From Alphaproteobacteria bacterium (lineage in GTDB: Bacteria > Pseudomonadota > Alphaproteobacteria > SP197), in contig CBDAUZ010000002.1 in NCBI GenBank assembly GCA_965200745.1, positions 287,847 through 351,846 on the forward strand: a DNA stretch of 64,000 nt. The letters are read 5' to 3'. The position numbers were made by a program, and so were the translations under genes. Under the pieces are notes generated by a model. It did no database searches, was not told the DNA's origin, and saw nothing but the letters and a program-made list of their open reading frames with translations. Shown here piece by piece: positions 60,881 to 64,000 of the stretch. Position 1 is the stretch's first letter, and each line of letters begins with the position of its first letter.

Positions 60881-61783
60881 TCAGTTCACTCCATCGGAAG
60901 ATTCTGGCTCCGCAGTCTTCCGTTCATTTTCGTCGTCAGTGTTTTCCGCCCGTTCTTCCGCATCGGTCTCGGGATTGTCCGGTGTCTCCGGACTTTCAGA
61001 CACCTCGGCACCGTCGGATTCGATGGTCACGAGTGCTTCCAGCGCCGTTTCAAGAACTTCCAGTTGTTCTCCCGCGTCGATACCTGTCGCCCGCTGTTCC
61101 GCCTCGATACCATCGAGTGCCGCATCAGCGACGAGACCGCAATACAGTGCGATGGCGCGAATGGCGTCGTCATTTCCGGGAATGACGAGATCGATACCAT
61201 CGGGATCACAGTTGCTGTCAACGACGGCAGCGACCGGTATTCCAAGCTTCTTTGCTTCGGAAATCGCGATATCCTCCTTGTTGATATCAACGACGAACAG
61301 GATATCGGGAAGACCGGCCATGTTCTTGATCCCGCCCAGAGCCCGTTCGAGCTTGTCCCGTTCGCGGGTCATCCGCAGGATTTCCTTTTTCGTGAATCCC
61401 GTCGCGTCTTCATCGAGTCGTTCCTCGAGGTCACGCAGACGACCAATTGAATTGGAGACCGTCTTCCAGTTGGTGAGCATCCCGCCAAGCCAGCGGTGAT
61501 TCACGTGATACTGCCCGCATCGTACTGCCGCATCCGCAACAGCACTTTGTGCTGGCCGCTTGGTGCCGACAAACAGAAGGCGCCCGCCGTCAGCAACGAC
61601 ATCGCGTATCCGCGTGAGCGCCTGACGCAGCATGGGCACCGTCTGCTGGAGATCAATGATATGGACATCATTGCGTTCACCGAAGATGAACGGCTCCATC
61701 TTCGGATTCCAGCGGCGGGTCTGGTGACCAAAATGCACACCGGCCTCGAGAAGCTGGCGCATGGAAAACTGAGGCATTGTCAT
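60881..61783 (-). CDS. rpsB: 30S ribosomal protein S2 with acidic C-terminal extension
   Basis: [23 protein letters not shown]-terminus, start at MTMPQF. Confidence 0.95.
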   Translation of the reverse strand: MTMPQFSMRQLLEAGVHFGHQTRRWNPKMEPFIFGERNDVHIIDLQQTVPMLRQALTRIRDVVADGGRLLFVGTKRPAQSAVADAAVRCGQYHVNHRWLGGMLTNWKTVSNSIGRLRDLEERLDEDATGFTKKEILRMTRERDKLERALGGIKNMAGLPDILFVVDINKEDIAISEAKKLGIPVAAVVDSNCDPDGIDLVIPGNDDAIRAIALYCGLVADAALDGIEAEQRATGIDAGEQLEVLETALEALVTIESDGAEVSESPETPDNPETDAEERAENTDDENERKTAEPESSDGVN

Positions 61784-62199
61784 GAATCTCTTTCCCTTCT
61801 CCGGTTCTTCGTCCGCAGACATGACCGGCAGGGCCGGCACCGGATGGCGCGAAGAATGCTGTTCTGCGCACCTGCGTCTGCGTGCTTGATGTATGCGGCT
61901 TCCTAACGCCGGAAACCGTGCAATTCAAGGTCCGGGCTCTCTAGGCGACCGGCCACCCGACACGCGTGTTATTCAGATGATAATCCTGACGGCGCCCGAC
62001 ACTTCACAACGACACGTCGTTGTCACTTGTTGCTTCGCCGAACAGAGGGTCCTGGCGACAGGTCCCCTGCCCGTTTCGCCGTGTGCGATGCGCGGGTCGA
62101 ACCGATACGCTGTCTTTCACAGATCAGGATTGCCAACAACCGAGGAACAGAATCGCGGTTCTCTTCGTTCGAGGGTTAACGCACGTTCATGCACACGTC

Positions 62200-62982
62200 C
62201 TAGTCCGCAGCTTCAGCTTGCATGGCGGACTCCTGCGCCTGGAAGATGCAGAAAATCTTGCGCACCGTCCCGACGCTGTCCCACTGGTATATTGATCCCT
62301 TGGGCACCATGAATGTGTCACCGGCACAATACGTTCGCGCCTTGCCCGTACCGTCCGTGATCGTGACCTCACCTTCCAGGATATGCATGAGTTCGTTGCG
62401 CGGAAACGGTGCGGGTTTCGTGTGCATTTCACTTGTCTGCCAGACGCCAACCAGCATCTGCCGTGTCACGTCCTCGAAAAAGATCCTGATGCCCTGATCC
62501 GGGACGCCGCCAACGTAGCGGGACGTATCCTGCTCTCCGACAGGATTCAGTGCGCCGGTCGTGTCGATCGTGCGCATCGTCAGCTTGTCGGGGGTCAGCG
62601 TGGCGCCGGACTTGTCATCAAAGATCACCCAGAATTTCAACACATCACCAGTCTGTATCCAGGACAGCGGTGTTCCCTTGGGAATGACAAAACTCTCGCC
62701 GGCATTAATCGTTTGTTCGCTGCCGTTTTCGTCCCTGATGGTAATCGCACCATCGAGTACGAGCATGAATTCGTTCACGTCGTAGGGGCCGAACTTGCCA
62801 ACCATGGGGGTGCAATGCCAGACACCCGAGGTCAGTTGTCCCGTATCGTCGGTGAAATAGACGTGACCACTTTGCACCGGGTTCCCCGACTCGAGCGATT
62901 CGGGCGGGATCTGCTCCCACTCGACAAGCCCGACATCTTCGGGGCCTGATGTTGAATAACGTATGGAGGTCAGGTTCTGCAT
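62200..62982 (-). CDS. Bicupin protein (two cupin/DUF861-like domains)
   Basis: Two internally repeated beta-barrel halves (..GTPLSWIQTGDVLKFWVIFD.. and ..GSIYQWDSVGTVRKIFCIF..). Confidence 0.65.
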   Translation of the reverse strand: MQNLTSIRYSTSGPEDVGLVEWEQIPPESLESGNPVQSGHVYFTDDTGQLTSGVWHCTPMVGKFGPYDVNEFMLVLDGAITIRDENGSEQTINAGESFVIPKGTPLSWIQTGDVLKFWVIFDDKSGATLTPDKLTMRTIDTTGALNPVGEQDTSRYVGGVPDQGIRIFFEDVTRQMLVGVWQTSEMHTKPAPFPRNELMHILEGEVTITDGTGKARTYCAGDTFMVPKGSIYQWDSVGTVRKIFCIFQAQESAMQAEAAD

Positions 62983-63052
62983 CGTCCTAATCCGTCAGTT
63001 CAAGTCTTCGAGAATTCGTTTCAGTTACCTTACCACGATCAGCGCCCGACTA

Positions 63053-63964
63053 TCATCCAGACGCCATGGGTCGAAATGTGACAAGCCCATCCCGTCTGAC
63101 TTGCGTCGGAAGCTGTAATTCCCAATCGATGTAGTCCCGCCTGGCCAACTCCGGATCGTTCGTACTCTCGAACGGTACTTCAGCAACATCTTCAATGTCG
63201 TGCATCGCTCCCGCGCTGCCTGATTCCGTTTGTAGCCCCGCCTGCTTCCACGCGAGCAGACCGCCGTCGAGGACACACGCGACGATGCCGGCCTCTTGCA
63301 GGTCACGGACAGCAAGCGCTGCCAACCGACCGTTTTCGTCGTCCAGCACAACAACAGGTGCCATGCGTCCCACTTCCGGCAAGATTTCGTTCAGTCTTGA
63401 TCTGGAAACCCAGCGTGCGCCCCGCGGGTGTTCCTTGCAAAACGCAGTGGACGAGGACACGTCAATAACAGCGTGATTTTCACGCGCGGCGAACTCTGGC
63501 GAAACAGCCTGAATGCCCTCTGGTTCGTGACTTTGCGGCGTATGAGAAAACGCGGACCTGTCGTGAACAAAAACGCGCGGATACCCCATCTGTCGCAACC
63601 AATGAGCAACCACGCGTGATCGCAGGCCTGTCTGATCCGTGATCACGATCCGCGCATCCCGAACGGCAATCCACCTGTCTGTTTCCTGAATGAGCTGCGT
63701 GCCTTCGACACACACGGCGCCTGCAACCGAACCTGTGGCGCATTCCTCCGGCAACCGGACATCAAACAGATAGGTTGTCGACGCTTCATCCCCTTGCCAT
63801 TGCTCAAGGGTTGGCCAGTCAACACTGCCAACACCGTTGGCCTCGGCGAGATCAATGCACTTCTGTCTGAAACGGCCAGAACCGGAATTGATATCGAATC
63901 GTCTCGACGCCCCGTGTTCCAGCGAAAGACCCGCCCACTCCCAACCGATCGTTCCGTTTCTCAA
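63053..63964 (-). CDS. Rhodanese-domain sulfurtransferase (two rhodanese-like domains). The N-terminus may extend toward the window edge.
   Basis: Tandem rhodanese-like segments (VVVLDDENGRLAALAVRDLQEAGI..., IVITDQTGLRSRVVAHWLRQMGYPRVFV). Confidence 0.7.
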   Translation of the reverse strand: MRNGTIGWEWAGLSLEHGASRRFDINSGSGRFRQKCIDLAEANGVGSVDWPTLEQWQGDEASTTYLFDVRLPEECATGSVAGAVCVEGTQLIQETDRWIAVRDARIVITDQTGLRSRVVAHWLRQMGYPRVFVHDRSAFSHTPQSHEPEGIQAVSPEFAARENHAVIDVSSSTAFCKEHPRGARWVSRSRLNEILPEVGRMAPVVVLDDENGRLAALAVRDLQEAGIVACVLDGGLLAWKQAGLQTESGSAGAMHDIEDVAEVPFESTNDPELARRDYIDWELQLPTQVRRDGLVTFRPMASG

Positions 63965-64000
63965 CGCGTAAACCTGATTTGCGACGTCGAGATTGCGCAG

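Overview
This 64 kb window reads as a high-GC (about 58-60%) alphaproteobacterial chromosome segment with a Rhizobiales-like housekeeping backbone. Left flank: a ppiD-like gene (5' partial) followed by trpE-trpG-trpD-trpC. Right flank: lexA, gltX, gltA, gloA, then the minus-strand block lpxB-lpxI-lpxA-fabZ-lpxD-skp-bamA-rseP-dxr-cdsA-uppS-frr-pyrH-tsf-rpsB. Between the flanks lie two accessory regions. (1) Coordinates about 8.7-21.4 kb form a roughly 12.7 kb insertion-like segment bracketed by two about 210 bp direct repeats. It carries a six-gene, translationally coupled operon: an HsdR_N-type PD-(D/E)XK nuclease, a DndC/SspD-like PAPS-reductase-family PP-loop protein, a DndA/SspA-like cysteine desulfurase, a GHKL (Bergerat-fold) ATPase and two proteins with no recognisable domains. 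This looks like a non-canonical Dnd/Ssp-related nucleic-acid sulfur-modification or defence system and is the best candidate for a previously undescribed system. Also in this segment are a DUF3500-like gene, a vapBC toxin-antitoxin pair with a palindromic operator, an antisense Tn3-like remnant, and clear gene decay (a truncated phaA, a frameshifted phaB, a cox3 tail fragment, plus a decayed acyl-CoA synthetase gene further left). (2) Coordinates about 27.8-40.3 kb look like a catabolic/transport locus: an MBL-fold lactonase-like hydrolase, an FAD amine oxidase, two tandem paralogs of unknown function, then divergently HypB-like and HypA-like nickel chaperones followed by two arginase-fold genes, a PotDBCA-type ABC importer and a TetR regulator. 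One arginase-fold gene is intact; its paralog has lost about four of the six metal ligands. The arrangement resembles the Ni-dependent guanidine hydrolase locus (GdmH with GhaA/GhaB). A Dpp-like ABC transporter with a fused double ATPase, a Rieske dioxygenase alpha/beta pair, moaC-moeA and an alphaproteobacterial LexA box are also present. No rRNA, tRNA or CRISPR arrays were seen.
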